In this document: in pieces, positions 12,888 through 27,008 of the stretch | Numbering within the stretch: the first letter of the stretch is position 1 | Layout of the letters: every line of letters starts with the position of its first letter | NCBI GenBank assembly: GCA_012295275.1 | Contig: CM022670.1 | Span: 32,364,001 to 32,428,000, forward strand | Origin: Chrysomallon squamiferum | Lineage: Eukaryota; Animalia; Mollusca | Length of the DNA stretch: 64,000 nt | Reading direction: 5' to 3' | Program-made: the position numbers and the translations under genes | The notes under the pieces: generated by a model | Database searches by the model: none | The model's input: only the letters and a program-made list of their open reading frames with translations | Told to the model about the DNA's origin: nothing

Positions 12888-14817
12888 GGGGAAACGCTAG
12901 GTGAAAAATGACAAAATATGAAGAAAACAAAATCATTTTTGAGATTTTGACATGACCATTTACAAAAATTATTCAGGTTTCTATTCATACAAGTTAGAAA
13001 GTCCAAAATTTTTTTAATTATGTTTGTCACTGAAATTTGCACATTTTAGTAAAATTCTGTGTTTATTTCTGGGTTTTATTTTTGATGCATATTTCTCGAA
13101 ACCTCCATGAAATTTGACATTCTGCATACCGTTGGAAAGTGTTCTAAAAATAGATACAAACTCCAGTGAGATATTCCTTAATTTTATGCACTCCCTCTGA
13201 GAATATGAAAGAAAAAAATGAAGATAGAGACTTATGATATCACATGACTTGTTGCAACATTCTGTTCGATTGTCAGAATTATTTCTGGTGAGATTGTTTA
13301 CATCCGTTCATTGATTTTATTTCCCACTGGATACTGTTTGAGATTTAACTTTTCAAAATCATGGAAACTTATCATGGAAAGAAAACCAGTACAAAACATA
13401 AATTTGTGAAGTGGAAACGATCTTGCAAACAACAGTTCTGCTTGAAAGAAAACACAAGACTGCCGAAACAAGCAAGGACATTGAGGAAGTTGAATCACCC
13501 AGTGGCTACTGAAGATCGGCAGGCACCAGGACCTTCCCCACTGACTTTGAAAAGAAGATGAACATCCAAATCATCATCCATTTCTTACTGATGACAACTG
13601 TCTTTAGTGCAGGTGACATGTCTGAAAAAAACTTGTCGAAAATTTGAAATGTTCATACTCCACATGTAAATAGAAATGGATCATCAGATAACTGTCACTG
13701 TATGTGATCATTTGAAAGGTCCTGTTTAAAATTTGCAGACAGTTTGTGCCACTTGTGAAAAGATCATCAAATCATGTAGGTGGCCAGGGAAACAGATTTC
13801 ATTTCATCACTATCAGACAAAGAACTACATCATGATCATTGTCCAAAGGGTCCTTCCAGTTTTTTTTTTTTTCATTTCTTTTTTTTATCACCAAGCACTG
13901 GCTATAGTTGAACAACCAGACAACCATGCTGAAAATGAGGGAACACCACTGTCAAAGGAAGTTGGGCAGTTTGTTAAGCCAGTCTACATTCAATTTGGCA
14001 GTGAAAATCTGTTACATCGATATCTGAAAGGGAAAACCCAAACACAGACTTTGTGGGAAAATTAAGAGTGGACAGTGGGGTTGAAGTGGCAGTGAGTAAA
14101 TTGAACCAATACAGCAGCAGCATTGGGTTTACAAAAGTGGTTGGAGCTGCTATGAAACTAACAATTCAAAGGATTCTGAATGAATCCACATGATAGAAAA
14201 TCTGCTGTAATCCAAAAGACAGGGAACCAAGACATTTGAAAAGGATTCAGCAACAAGAAATGCTTGCTGCAGTTGAAGGTGAACCTGCTATGCAGATGAA
14301 GAATTTTAAATTAAATTTGTTATTATAACTTTCAAGTGACAAATGAGAACTCTTTTTGGACAACAGATAATCTAACAATAATGTGTATTAGAAAAAAGTT
14401 CAGGTTTTTTTTCAGAAGGAAGTAAAACACACTCAGTTATCACAATAATTATACATAACATCACCCCAGTAGTTAGAATAAGTGGAAATATAGTTATAAA
14501 ACTTTATCTGCTGTTTTCTCAGATTTTGTTTTTCACACTTTTCAAAATTTGTGTGAATGTGCTGCATTAAAACTATTTATGCTAGAGATCTCAAATTTGG
14601 AATATATATATTTTAGAAACAAACACTAGAAAGTGACAGAGAGAGAATCTTGAAAAAAAAAATCCATTCTTTTCATATAACCTTTATAATGTGTCTAGTA
14701 CAAAAAAATATGATGAAAAACCTAATAATTTTAAAAACAATTTTTTATTTGAAGCATGGGGATTATTTCCACCAAGTTTTAATTCTGTAACATAAATAAC
14801 GGTTTGGTTTTTTCCCT
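12888..14817 (+). mobile_element. Kolobok-type DNA transposon, internally deleted and non-autonomous (~1.93 kb)
   Basis: TTAA on both sides (12884-12887, 14818-14821). Short imperfect purine-initial termini: GGGGAAAC on the left and reverse-complement AGGGAAAA on the right. Transposase remnants lie inside. Confidence 0.75.
13361..14310 (+). pseudogene. Frameshifted, deleted Kolobok/Mutator-like (PF20700-type) transposase
   Basis: Successive motifs across frames: basic N-terminus KKTSTKHKF; LQTVCATC (CxxC); SLSDKELHHDHCPKGPSS; YHQALA...PLSKEVGQFVKPVYIQFGSENLLHRYLKGKTQ; FVGKLRVDSGVEVAVSKLNQ; terminal EGE..YADEEF*. These match the recalled HxxCPxGxxSWC / LLxRCLxGxTQN / AVxxFN / EGxxYxxGxF consensus. 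The catalytic core appears to be missing. Confidence 0.8.
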
Positions 14818-14824
14818 TTAATAT

Positions 14825-14955
14825 AGAAAATGTATTACATAACATATACATATATTGTAATGTAGAACAGAACAGTTATTACAAAAAGTAGAACATTACC
14901 TTTAGTACATAATATATAGCAAAAGTGTTATTACATAATACAGAACAGAACATGT
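14825..14955 (-). repeat. Minisatellite block inverted relative to 15365-16000
   Basis: aatgtagaacagaacagttattac is the reverse complement of gtaataactgttctgttctacatt. Confidence 0.7.
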
Positions 14956-15364
14956 TAACATTAATCTAGATAACTTTTATCTAACTATACTGGTGTTAAA
15001 TCTCAACTTTTTATTTTAAAGTATCCTGCATTCATATAGGAGAGTCATCAGATTATATGTAGATTCTGTTGAATGGATTTTTATTTTCCCTATCTTTACC
15101 TTCACATTGGCATCTTGTCATCTATATTTAAAGCAAAGTTGTTGATTCTCAATTCTTTCTTCTCTTCAGAACTGACTGTTATATTGTTATTACATATCAG
15201 ATGTAATTAGATGGTGTTTTTAAATAAACCCTCTCCTTTTAACCACTCTAAAGCATAGATTCAAATGACAATAAAGTGCCTTTCTTTATACAAGGTGTCT
15301 TTAATAAATATAGATTTTTAATTTTTGTCTTATATAATTTATATTCTATTCTTCTCTGTGTAAA

Positions 15365-16000
15365 ATGTGTTCTATTCTGATATTTTTATAGTAAGAGTTC
15401 TTCACTTTGTATTGTGCATTAATTGTTCTACATTAAAACATACATTCTCTATTATATAACTACACATTCTGTTAAATAATAACTATTTTGTTCTACAGCA
15501 TATAATAATTGTTCTTTGCTACATAATGTAACAAATATCCAACTGTACATTAAATGGTGTTGTTTTCATAATGTAATAAATGTTGTGTTCTACATTGTAT
15601 AACAGCTGTTCTATTCTATTTTATGTAATAAGTGTTCTGTTGTACTTTAAAATAAATGTTTATTCTACATTATGTAATAAATGTTCTTTTCTACATTACA
15701 CAAGTGTTTTGTTCTCTGTTATATAGTGTTTTAAATTATGTAAAATCATGTTAAGTAGTCTGTATTAAGTGGTAACTGTTCTCTTTTACATTAGGTATAA
15801 GTGTCCAGTTTGATTTTATTTTGTTCTGCTTAATAATAATTACTAGCAAGAGTTCTATTCTACATTATATAAAATATGCTATATATTACATAAAATGTAT
15901 TCTGCATTATATAATAACTGTTTTGTTCTTCATTATGCAATAACTGTTTTGTTCTATACTGTGTTATAAATATTTTATTCTATTTCAGGTAACATGTGTT
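15365..16000 (+). repeat. Degenerate ~26 bp minisatellite (aactgttctattctacattatgtaata)
   Basis: Many ttctacatta / gttctattct / tgtaataa words occur at regular spacing. Confidence 0.8.
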
Positions 16001-16849
16001 ATGTATTTTTCAAATTCTGTCTGATATGATATAGAATATCAAGTTACTACATTTTGATGCCATGTTTATCTGCCATCATTTACATAGTAACAGGCCTACG
16101 CAAGCTTCTGAACACCTTTTACACATTATGAAACCAAACAAAATCAGTTTTAAAGTGTATTAGTGACCAGTTGTTATCTTGCAGCTCTTTCCAAACTGTA
16201 TTTTATTTATTGTTTTTTATCAACAATAAACACAGCATTTAAATGTTTGGTTCATTTGAAAAGTAATGCAAAATTGGTGTAAGTTGGTTATATCAATAGT
16301 CAGAAGATTAATGTTTCTGTATTACTGTAGTATGTGTGTGTGTCTGTGTGGGTGGTATATATGGATATATAAGTGCATGTATGTATGCATCTATATGTTG
16401 TTTGTATGTTTGTGTGAATGTGTGTCTTTATTTTTAGATACCAACATACAGTTGTAAAAATATGTTTATTATTTTAATGATTTTACTTGACAAAATATAA
16501 TTTAACAGAAAGCTTTTTATTATTTCTCCTTTTTCTAAAAATAAAATTAACGTGGTATTTGTATCATATTTCAAAACAAAAATTAATTTCAAAAACATTT
16601 TATTACATCTATTTTTAAATGTATATTAAACTCAATATGTAAAATGCATAATTTATCTAATTTTTTCAACTCATTTTATATATTTAATGTCTTTTTTAAT
16701 TTTAATTTTTTTCTTCTGAATAATGTATCAGAATATTTTGTTCCATATAACCATAGTAAACGTTTACTACTATTCACTAAATGACGTTTCAAGGTCTTTT
16801 TCTGACAGCAGAATAATGAGATAGGAGAAACTGAACTATATGTCAAAAA

Positions 16850-17150
16850 AGGAATATCCATAAACTGTACTTTTAGGAATAAACATTTGTTTGTCAGTAA
16901 TTGTATTCCCATTTTTATACATATTCATGTACGTCCTTTCTACCCAAGATGTAACAAATAACGTCTTTTTTTCTTTTTCTGCCTTCCGAGGAACAAATGA
17001 TATCATTTTGGGCTGGGGTATCATTTAACCATTCATTAATTAATTTTTCATTCTTTGTTCATCCATTCATTCATTCTTTCATTCATTCTTCATTCATCCA
17101 TTCACTCATTGTTTCATTAAATCATTTTTATTCATTAATTTATTGACTGA
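16850..17150 (+). mobile_element. SINE 3' end with degenerate (CATT)n tail
   Basis: gggctggggtatcatttaaccattcatt is followed by an imperfect (TTCA)n tract. Confidence 0.4.
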
Positions 17151-18862
17151 CTGATAATACAACACACAACTGTTCGAAATACAAAGTAAACAAGAATTAT
17201 TTTTTCTTTTTAAAAATGTTGAATATTTTAAAGGAATTAATTCAAACCAAAAACAAGGTTTGTATATGAAAAAGAAGTGTATTGATTTTAACTTAACAGC
17301 TAATGTATTAGATAAGAGAATTTCATTCATTACTGCTGTACACCTGTTGTAAGACAGTGTGATGAATGCAGGTGTGGTAAGATGTGGTCAACAGCAGGTC
17401 AGGCTGTTAAGCATGAAAAGAAATAAAGGCATGCACAGATAATAAATGTTTTAAAGTAATTAACCCAGATGTGACACATTAAAATATAATAATAATAGTA
17501 GTTATTGTCATGAATTTTTAATCTTAAATGAAAACATTTCTTTTACTTTGTTTAAATTTTTATGTCTTTACTTTAAAAAAAAATTATATATTATTTTACA
17601 TAATATATTGAAATGAATAATTCATTACTTTTATGGTTAATATTTTAATGGAATTAATTTAGTTTTATCATGAATAGCATAATAGATTTTCTTTGTTTTT
17701 AAATTAAATATCTTATTGTGTATAAAAAGTTAGTAATATAAAGAATAATTTTTTAATTGTAAATATTCTGAAGACCTTAATTTTGGCCATAGGAATAATA
17801 TACATTTGAAAGAAAACTGTATTTCATGTTAATTACCTTTATTCTTAATTTTATGTTTTAACAATATATATTTAAAAACCAACCTACATTTTATATGTAT
17901 GTATGTAATATTAAAAATCCTCTTCACAATGCATCAGAATAATATCAGAAAATTAGTATAACTGACCACCATATTTTAGGAAATTATGAATGATACCTGG
18001 AATGTTCAAGAATCATACATATTTCTTTAGTGATTCAGTTAAAAGACTTAAATTTTCACAAATTATTAATATTTCCTGATAGTACATATGCATTTCTCTT
18101 TGTAATAATTAATGAAGATGTCCTTAATTCTAATTTGTTTTTCACTGAAATATTTGCCAGTTCTTACATTTTTCATCACTTAATTACCACTGAAACATTT
18201 CCCTACTTCTTATTTTTTCTTAACTTAAGTATTACAGAACATTTTCACTTATTCTTATTTTTTTATTATCATTATTATTTTGTGAGAATTACTGACATTT
18301 TCATTAATTATTTTTTCTCTTCAGCTAGTAATAAATACTGCAAATTTCTCTAACTCATATTTTTTTTATCACTACTTAGTAACAGCTATTTATAATTTCT
18401 CATATTCTTATGTTTTTTGAACAAAAAAAACATTCAGTTATTTTCTTTAACCTCTTTTTAACATAACAGCTGATTATTAAATAATATAATTTTATTACAG
18501 ATGTGTCTAAGACATTATGAGTATGATAAATATACATGTGGTGTGATAAAATGAAGTCAAAGGGAGCACAAACTATTAAATACAAATTTTAAAATGTATA
18601 ATTTATTCCAAGGATGCAAAAATTTAGTATAAATTAAAATATAGAGTTCAATAAACACAGATGTGACATCCATTAAATATAATGCAATATAGATGCACTG
18701 AGGTTCAAAAGCTTAAATTATTTTATTATCAGTCTGAACTCAGTTTCTACCCAGTTTATTAAGTAAGAATAATGTTTTTTGTTACCATTTATTTCGTTGT
18801 TTGAACTAGTAATTAGGGACCTAAAATACACTCAAACTCACCATATACATACATGTCCAAAG

Positions 18863-18978
18863 ACACACACACACACACACACACACATCCATCCATCCAT
18901 CCATCCATCCATCCATCCATCCATCCATACATACATATAGATACATACATACAGATACAGAGATAATTATAAATGTAG

Positions 18979-19022
<44 letters not shown>
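18863..19022. repeat. Compound microsatellite (CA)n-(ATCC)n-(ATAC)n ... (TG)n
   Basis: Direct inspection. Confidence 0.95.
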
Positions 19023-19023
<1 letters not shown>

Positions 19024-19469
19024 CAAGGAACTAATGCTAAAGAAATATTCCAATTTTTAAAAAATACTTAACTTTTTTTAATTTTCAAATTTTGTCTGTT
19101 TCCTTCTTGAATCATTACTTTAGTAGGTTATGCACTGTTTAAATCTTCTCTAAATCAGGAATATACAGGCTTTCAAGTCACACCCTTCTTCTTGAAAGAG
19201 ACTGAATATAAATATTAATTTTGATTGTCTAGCAATTATTACCTTTGTATTACTTGACATTTTGCAACAGAACGTAGCTAAAGAAATGTCTATAAAATAA
19301 AGCTCTCCAAAATTAATTATTATTTAACATTTTCATACAAAAAACAATCAAATTTCTGATGTTTATATTATGATATGAAATTCAGTAATTTTACAAAACC
19401 TGCTCAGTTTATAAGAATTATCAATATATTAGGATTAATATTATGTCCAAAAGAAGGTGCTGATGTCTT

Positions 19470-19880
19470 ATTATCAAGCAATTCCATATGTGTATCCTAA
19501 CAGTTGAAGGATTCCCTGCCAATCTTAGAGCAGCATCTGTCATTTCTGAAATAATTTTCACTGCTGGCTTTCTGTTGTACTTGAGAACCAAATAATCTTA
19601 AATGGATTACAGTTAGGGCTTTGCATTGACCATGGATGTGTCATAACAGAATATTGCCTTAAATCTTGTCAACTTTATCTTGTTATTGATGAGCCATGTC
19701 ATCATCATCCACAGACACTGCTACCAAATGCTGTTATTAAAATTGTTTCAAGGTTATTCTGTTTATGCAGAATCCATTGATACATGTTTATAACAGTAAT
19801 GAGACCCAAATTAGTCTCTGACAAGCATCCTTATATCACTACAGAACCTCCTCCAAAACGCTTTCCTGAATATTCTCTTT
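19470..19880 (-). pseudogene. Decayed Tc1 (DD34E) transposase fragment
   Basis: The minus strand reads RFGGGSVVI*GCLS, VDDDDMAH and HPWSMQSPNCNPFKIIW, which correspond to the GGGSVMVWG, DDNAxxH and WPxxSPDLNPIExxW motifs. Confidence 0.8.
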
Positions 19881-21944
19881 AAAGGATGTGGTGTTTGACT
19901 GTCTCCGTGTATTAGTTCTGTCTTAAATAATATAAAGATGGAATCATGTTTGACTTTTACATTGTTGGAATATCAGTATTTTATTAAAAGGTGACTACAT
20001 AACTGATTCCAAAACTTGATTTTGGCACAAGATGGAGGAAACATAATCGTTGTGAAATTAGTGGAGCTTCATTTGTGTCACAATGAGTATAACTAAGACA
20101 TTAATTAATGTTATATCAATTTTGAAAATATTCTTATGGCACATATGTGTTTATTGTTATTATTATTATTAAATTGTTTATTATTGTTTAATTACATCTT
20201 GATGTATTTTGTTTTTAGTTTCAAACTTTACGTAATTTTTAAAACACCTGGTTTCTGTTACTTATTTGAGATACTACCTTCTAATCAACATCTCTCTTCT
20301 GTTTCCTATAGTATCAAAAGCAATGGCATATGCTGTCCTGTGCAACGAAAAGTGAAAGAAAAGTATGGAAAGAAAAAGTACAATTTTTATTGTCATTTTC
20401 ACCAAATTGAATTTTAATTAACCTCAATTTAAGTAACTTCAGTAAATAATAACAATGATATGACAAAACTAATGTGACATCTGTTGCTGCTACATAAATC
20501 CCACACACCATCATATATCTTATTTTACTGTCAAAGAATATAAAATAAAAAATTTACTTATTGTCTTAACTGTCAGAATTAAAGGGAATACAAAGTAGAT
20601 TTTTGAAGACTATTACTGGGCATCTTAAAAGTATTTCATTTTGATGAATTAATGTTGTCAGAACATAGTTGTAAAATTTTGCACAAATATTGTGTTACAC
20701 CATATGTTGCTTGACATAGATGAATTGACCAAATATGTTGTAAACTAAATGTATCATGTTTACTTTTTATTACCAGTACAAATTACAAACATAAATAAAA
20801 ATATTTGTTTTTTATTATGCTATTTATTCTATGCATTAGTTGTATAAATTAAGTATATAATAAATAAAAAATGTATAAAATTTAAAAATATATATGTGTA
20901 TATCATAAATAAAAATCAAAAAAATAAATATCTCCTTTCTTCTGTTTTTTAATAATTAAGGTATTACGGGTTAAAATTTAAATGTGAAAGATCTGAAATT
21001 TTGGTATTATACATTTTCAATGACAACAATAAAAAAATATAAACAAGTGCAAAAAAAACAACCTTAAATCAAAAGAAATAATAATACCATCTGTTTCTCT
21101 GATGATTTTTTTTCTTTCTGAAAGTAATCTTAATATTTAATATGCCAAGGTCTTAGCGTGCAATACAAAACAGCAGGCATATCACATGAGAATTGTATTT
21201 TGAAAATTCCCTTCAATTAATAGCCATGATGACATTTGTTAATATTTAAAATGTCAAATTTAGCTATATAAACACTGACAGTGAAAATGAAAGAAGGTAA
21301 TATGTGTGGGTTTTGTGAATATACATACATGTACATCTATCTCTAAAGGCAGACACATATAATCTTACATTTATATAAGATGTTAAAACATGTATGTGTC
21401 CATAATTTACAAATTAAATCCTATCTTAATACTAAAGTGAATGAGTGTGTGTGTGAGTGTGTATGTGAGTGTGTGTGTGTGTGTGTGTATGTGTGTTATA
21501 CTTTAAAATATGTATGGGAAAAATACATTCACATAGATTCATATAAACATGTACATACACATACACACACACAGAAACATTAACACACAAAGACATTCAA
21601 ATGCACACATAAAATACTCGACACATATAAACATATAACATGAAATTTGCAAATATAGAAAATTTACTATATGTCTTAGTACTCATGAAATTCATGACTT
21701 GCGATAAAATAATTCTGCCTTTCATGTTAGGTAAATATTTCAAGTTTTTTTTTTTATCATTCCTAATTATTTTTGTTCAGTGTTATAATACACTGACTTT
21801 TGTACAGTACCCCAGTTATTCATTCATAGTTCAAACCATAATGGAATAAATGAAGTAAACTGATAATTCTTTAATGAAATCTCAGTGTGTTTTAATATTA
21901 ATAGTTAATAAATGCCACATATATCACTCTATATAGCGATGAGA

Positions 21945-22430
21945 AAAGAAAGAAGAAAAGCTTTATTTAATGACATACTTAATAAATGTTTCATCTATAT
22001 TTTTGTGTTAAATATTTAATATACCTAAGACATCTTAGTGTGCAATACAGAACTGCAGGTTCATCTGCTGAGAATCATACTGGCCTTTTCAAAATTATAT
22101 ATTGTGCAGGGTCAGGGATTATTTTAATCTGTGATGGGCACCCTTTTATGAAAAGTGGGATGCATGAGAACATGGCTGATCATTAGGCAGGCCTAGCTAC
22201 AACAAACATTGCTTTCCTGTGAAATTAGGCATGCCACTGAGAAAGCCAAGCATCTTTGTCCATGATGTAGGCACTAAAAGATAAAGCCCATCACAATAGG
22301 GATGATTACTTCAGTAAATAGCAGTGGATTGTTTTCATGAGATATGATAGCACATGCCTTGTCATTTTATAAACCACTCAGGGAGTAATGGTTGGATTGT
22401 GAAACTGCCCAGCAGCAAAGTCTTTAGTCC
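21945..22430 (-). mobile_element. Decayed Meta/MESC-like SINE
   Basis: (GAA)-rich tail plus tttatttaatgacatact. Later come tagcagtgg...gatagcacatgcc...tggttggattgtgaaactgccca. Confidence 0.5.
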
Positions 22431-23539
22431 ATCTTGCCTTGCTCCTGTACCATATGAAAGGGAAAATTTATATTAAACTAGCTTACAAAAACTCAAAAAA
22501 AAAGTAAGAAAAAATAGTTATAGATTAATCATGGTTCACTCACATCTCTAAAAGCCATAAAAAAAAAATATTTCTGAGTTGTCAAGTTGTAAAATATTGT
22601 TAAGTTTCAGGATAATATTTAAAAGTCAATAAAAATACAAAACAAAATATTTTTATGTTTATAAAAGTTTTCTTCTTCATTGGCCTGACACCAGCATTTA
22701 ATACAAAACAATATTTTGTCAGAACTGATTATTTACATGGTCAGGTTTGATTGCTTTGTGAATACAAGTTTGCACTGGATCACCTTATTATATTCTAACA
22801 CAAAGTTAATAGACACTAATACTGCATTCAGGTACTTGGATTTGGATTAGTTTATACAGTATTCAGAGGGTTAAAATTTATGTTTTTTGCATGTATGAAT
22901 GTTTGGGTATGTGTTTTATGCATGCATGTCTGTATATCTATATTAATGTTTGTATATTTTTGTATGTATGTGTATGTAGGTATTAGTTATGCACATAGGA
23001 AATGTGTGTATGTAAATGTATTACTTATGAATGTTTGAAGTATATGTATGAATATATTTTTGTTTATAGTGTGATGTGAGCAGCCATGTATGTTTGTATG
23101 AAAAAACTTACTACTATGAAAACTACACACTTTTACCTGAAAATGTTGGATGCTTAAAGACAATTGAACTCCTCTACCTTATGAAATAATACTTTTGTAA
23201 TAAATAAATATTTGATTTTGATTCACCTTGAAATATCAGTTACTGCTGATAAAAATGATGAAAATTAAAAAAATTAAAATATATAAAACATAATAAACAT
23301 TTATTATGCACAGTAAAAAAAGGAAAATTGTTAGGTAATATTCCATTTTATTTTTTTAATATTTCTGATACGAAATTGTCTTTAGGTTTTTATTTTAGTC
23401 ACTAAAAATAATTGTTTTTTAAAAATAGGTTTTGAAAATTAGCTTCAGATTTTAAATAAGTCTTCATTTTGTTTTTATTAAACTATTATTTTGAAAAACA
23501 AAATAAGTATTTAACATTCTGAATACATATATCTAGATT

Positions 23540-23780
23540 CTAAAACTGGCAAATATTATCATATCAGACTTTAAGTAGTTCTACATTTTATAAAACTAAT
23601 GTAGTGAACTAAATAATAATCACTACTATTTGATTTATTTATCTTTCTTTGTTTTGGTTTTGGTTTTTCCTCTTGTCTTCAGCTGTATACAGATTACTGT
23701 TTTGTAATACTGACAGTTTAAAAATGGCAAAGATTATCATATCAAATTTAAGCAGTTCTTCATTTTATTAAAATTATGTC
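23540..23780. repeat. Diverged ~60 bp direct duplication (period ~178 bp)
   Basis: taaaa(c/a)tggcaaa(t/g)attatcatatca..tttaag(t/c)agttct at ~23541 and ~23719. Confidence 0.75.
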
Positions 23781-23914
23781 AAGAAAAGAAAACTCTTTTT
23801 TATCACTTACTCCAACTAACATGGCATGTAAAATAATGATCCTGTGGGTTTAACCCTGGCACTAAATCAGTTTGTTTATACACATCTTTCTAATACTTCA
23901 TTTTCTGCAGTGTC

Positions 23915-24330
23915 TTTGGCTTCAACAAGAACAAATAATGTGGTAATTCACCAAGCAAAGACTGGTAGTTATGTGTCTCATTAACTTGGAGATATGAGAT
24001 GAAAAATGGAAACAGAGGTGTCCATTTTCCCCAATTATCCAATTTGAGCCTGATGCGGCTGTTTCTTAAGGATGTGTAAAGAAAGATGGGTTACAAAGTT
24101 TTGATTTGATTCTGGACTGATACCTGATAGCATGACAGATTATGAAGTTACTGGACTGATATGAGATACAACCACAGATTATGAAGTAACAAGGACACAC
24201 ACATTTTCATGTCATGGTTAAATCCAATAAATAAAGTTTGTTTACTCTCTCAGAATTTACAAGTTCATATATTGCCAAAATGTTTTTAGAAACACAAATT
24301 TTTGTTTTTTAGAAACACAAATTTTTGCTT
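23915..24330 (+). pseudogene. Heavily decayed mariner-group (maT/DD37D-like) transposase 3' fragment
   Basis: WLQQE resembles WFQQDGA. CPFSP..NLSLMRLFL..GCVKK resembles WPxRSPDLxPxDFFLWGxxK. The end resembles a TIR (tttttagaaacac, duplicated). Confidence 0.4.
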
Positions 24331-25634
24331 TCTAGATGTACCTGATGAATATACATACATGAACTCACACTTTCATATAGTATAATGCACTAATGTTTTT
24401 ACAAATCTACCATTTCCATCAATAATATTGCTGCTGGTCTTGCCCAAGAAATGAATACTTGAATGTTATAAATATACACACATATTTTCATTTTATTTTT
24501 AAAACAATAAAGCTTTTTCATCTTTGAATTTACAACTTTATAAAGTGCTAAGATGTTTCTGAAAAGTCATGTTTTCTGTTTTCATCATGGATGATGCAAT
24601 CAGTTCTTATATATAAATCTATATACAACTGCTTTGTCTTTAAAAGCTTTATTGTTCTGAATGATTACAATTCCTTTGACTAAACATATTGAAGAAGAAC
24701 AATATTGTGAATAATATATTTTCAGAATATAGTTTAAAACACCATCTAATTAAAATTGGTCCAGTTATTTTGTAGTTGTAAACTATCTAAATACATCACA
24801 TGTTTTATAGATACAATGTTGTAATTTATTATTTTTCTCCAATGAGGGGGGTGGGGAAACACATTTTTATGTAAAAAGACACTTAAACATTTAAATAAAC
24901 AGTTTTATGTATCATAATGTGGCTCTTTTTTTTATATGAAAATGGTTACAGGAATAAAAGAAATAAAATAAAATAAAAATATAATAATGAAAATATTCTG
25001 GCCAAATATGAATTTTTATATGTTAGATACCAGCATATTTTATACGTTGTTACATAATAACCATATATCAGATGAAAAAGAGATAATTTTAATATTAATA
25101 AACATCACTCACACACACACACACACACACACACTATAAATTTTCCATTTAGCAGTCACCTCTAGCTAAAAGCCCATTTGGAATAACATCATAAACTGGA
25201 ATTATGTCGAACACAATGATGGTTATAAAACAGCAATTAAGAAAACAAAAACTTCCTCAAAAAGCCTCTCTGACCACACTAATTCAATAAAAGACTACTG
25301 TATATATGTCATTATTATTATTGATATTATGGATGTGTTCAGTGTGTTATTATTTAATGCAGAATGTGTGATTAATGTGGTAAAGCCTCACACACTCTTT
25401 CACTGATCACAAAACACTATTGACGTTTTCCTATGACATTTACACACATAACAGACACACACACAAACACACTAATGGTTTATTCCTTTTATTAATTTTG
25501 TTTAAATGTTAAAGTGATATCCATAATGATGGAAAATACACAAAGTTAATAAAGATACAAATACATCTGTAACTGTTGTTTAACAGATAAAGGGTTAACA
25601 CAGTCCTAGAACATAATAAAGGATAATTATTTTG

Positions 25635-25790
25635 CCAAAGGCTACTCATATTGGATGATAATGAGGGACTATCTATATCTAATGCACCTTTTATGCAGTC
25701 AGGAATATATATATATTTTTTTAAATTTATTTCCCATTATTGGTTGGAATGGAGAATTGACCTTATGACCTTGGAATTCTATCCAACTGA
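25635..25790 (-). mobile_element. SINE fragment
   Basis: ggctactc...atgcacc...caggaata...tggttggaatgg matches the reverse-complement core. Confidence 0.4.
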
Positions 25791-26055
25791 AGAAACAGCC
25801 TATATGAAATTAAGTAAATAAAGTTGAGTTTTTCTACAAGAGATTTATGACGAATGTATAATTAAAACGTTGGCATGCTGCACAAAATAATAAAAAAAAA
25901 AGAAGATAAATTGGTATTAAGTTAACAGAGCAGCTACTGTAATTCCACAGAGAAGATGGTATTAAGAATGTGGTTTTGTATATAGTTTTATTTTTTAAGA
26001 CATTCACAAGCAGCTAATAATATTATAAAAATATAGTTTCAATTATTTTGTATTG

Positions 26056-26058
<3 letters not shown>

Positions 26059-26108
<50 letters not shown>
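26059..26108. repeat. (CA)n microsatellite
   Basis: Perfect run. Confidence 0.95.
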
Positions 26109-26111
<3 letters not shown>

Positions 26112-26399
26112 AATGTGTCTATGAATTCTGCATATTTTCATCAGTTCATGTCACAGATCCACAGTGTGACAAGTAATTCAGGTAACAAATGTTAAAAAAT
26201 TGTTAACATTTGTCAGTGCAGTATGTTGCTAAAGTATAACAGAACGTATCTACAGATCAATATTTGAATATACCACACTATCAATTGTGCAATCTCTTAT
26301 CATAAAAAAACAACAAAGTAAAAAATATATATATTTATAAATATACATATATATATAAACTAAAAAAAATAAATGAGCAAAAAAACCCAACAAAATTAA

Positions 26400-27008
26400 A
26401 TAGTGAAGTAACATTACAGCCACGTGGAAATTTGCTTTTAATGACTGCATTGACTGTCAGAGAAACTGAGAAGTGACCTTTAGCCTTTTGTAGTTTCACA
26501 TGTGTTGGGGGTACCTGTTGTGAAAATCAATCAGTACATAGTGTACACACACCAGACACAACACATCTGTTGACTTGGCTGGTTTGTTCAGTCTCTTAGT
26601 GTGGGGAAAGATGTGCAAGGGATTCCGTAACAAAACTGGCAGCCAGTTATCTATGGACCGACACCCACTTCTGTGCTAGAGTGACACTTCACCCACTGCT
26701 GCTTGTCCTGTAATTACAGCAATTTACTGTAAATTAATAGCTTCAGATCAGCAATTCAGATTGGCAGCGGACAAAATAAAAAGAGCTGGAAGTTTTGTTT
26801 TTTAACCCCGGTTTATTCAGCATTGATGTTGTTGTCATTATAATCATCTGCACATCAACGTTTCTTCAGCGATTACATTGACTGTTTGCAAAACCGTGAA
26901 TTAATGAATCTTAATATTAGAAACTGTGGAAGAAAAAGGTTTATTTTAAACTGAAAAATTAAGAAAAAACTAAAGAGCTGTTGGTTTTTTAATGTGTCTT
27001 TCTTCAAA
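26400..27008 (+). promoter_or_regulatory. Putative internal promoter / 5' UTR for the 27009 exon
   Basis: Non-repetitive, GC-richer stretch with retained CpGs in an otherwise CpG-depleted window. A palindromic E-box CCACGTGG lies at 26420-26427, and the stretch directly precedes an ATG exon. Confidence 0.5.

Noticed and set aside
17335-17420. Cluster of CACCTG/CAGGTG E-boxes
   Set aside because: Too few and too short to distinguish from chance.
18863-19022. Hairpin between (CA)n and (TG)n tracts
   Set aside because: Both microsatellites are abundant in this window, so their proximity is unremarkable.
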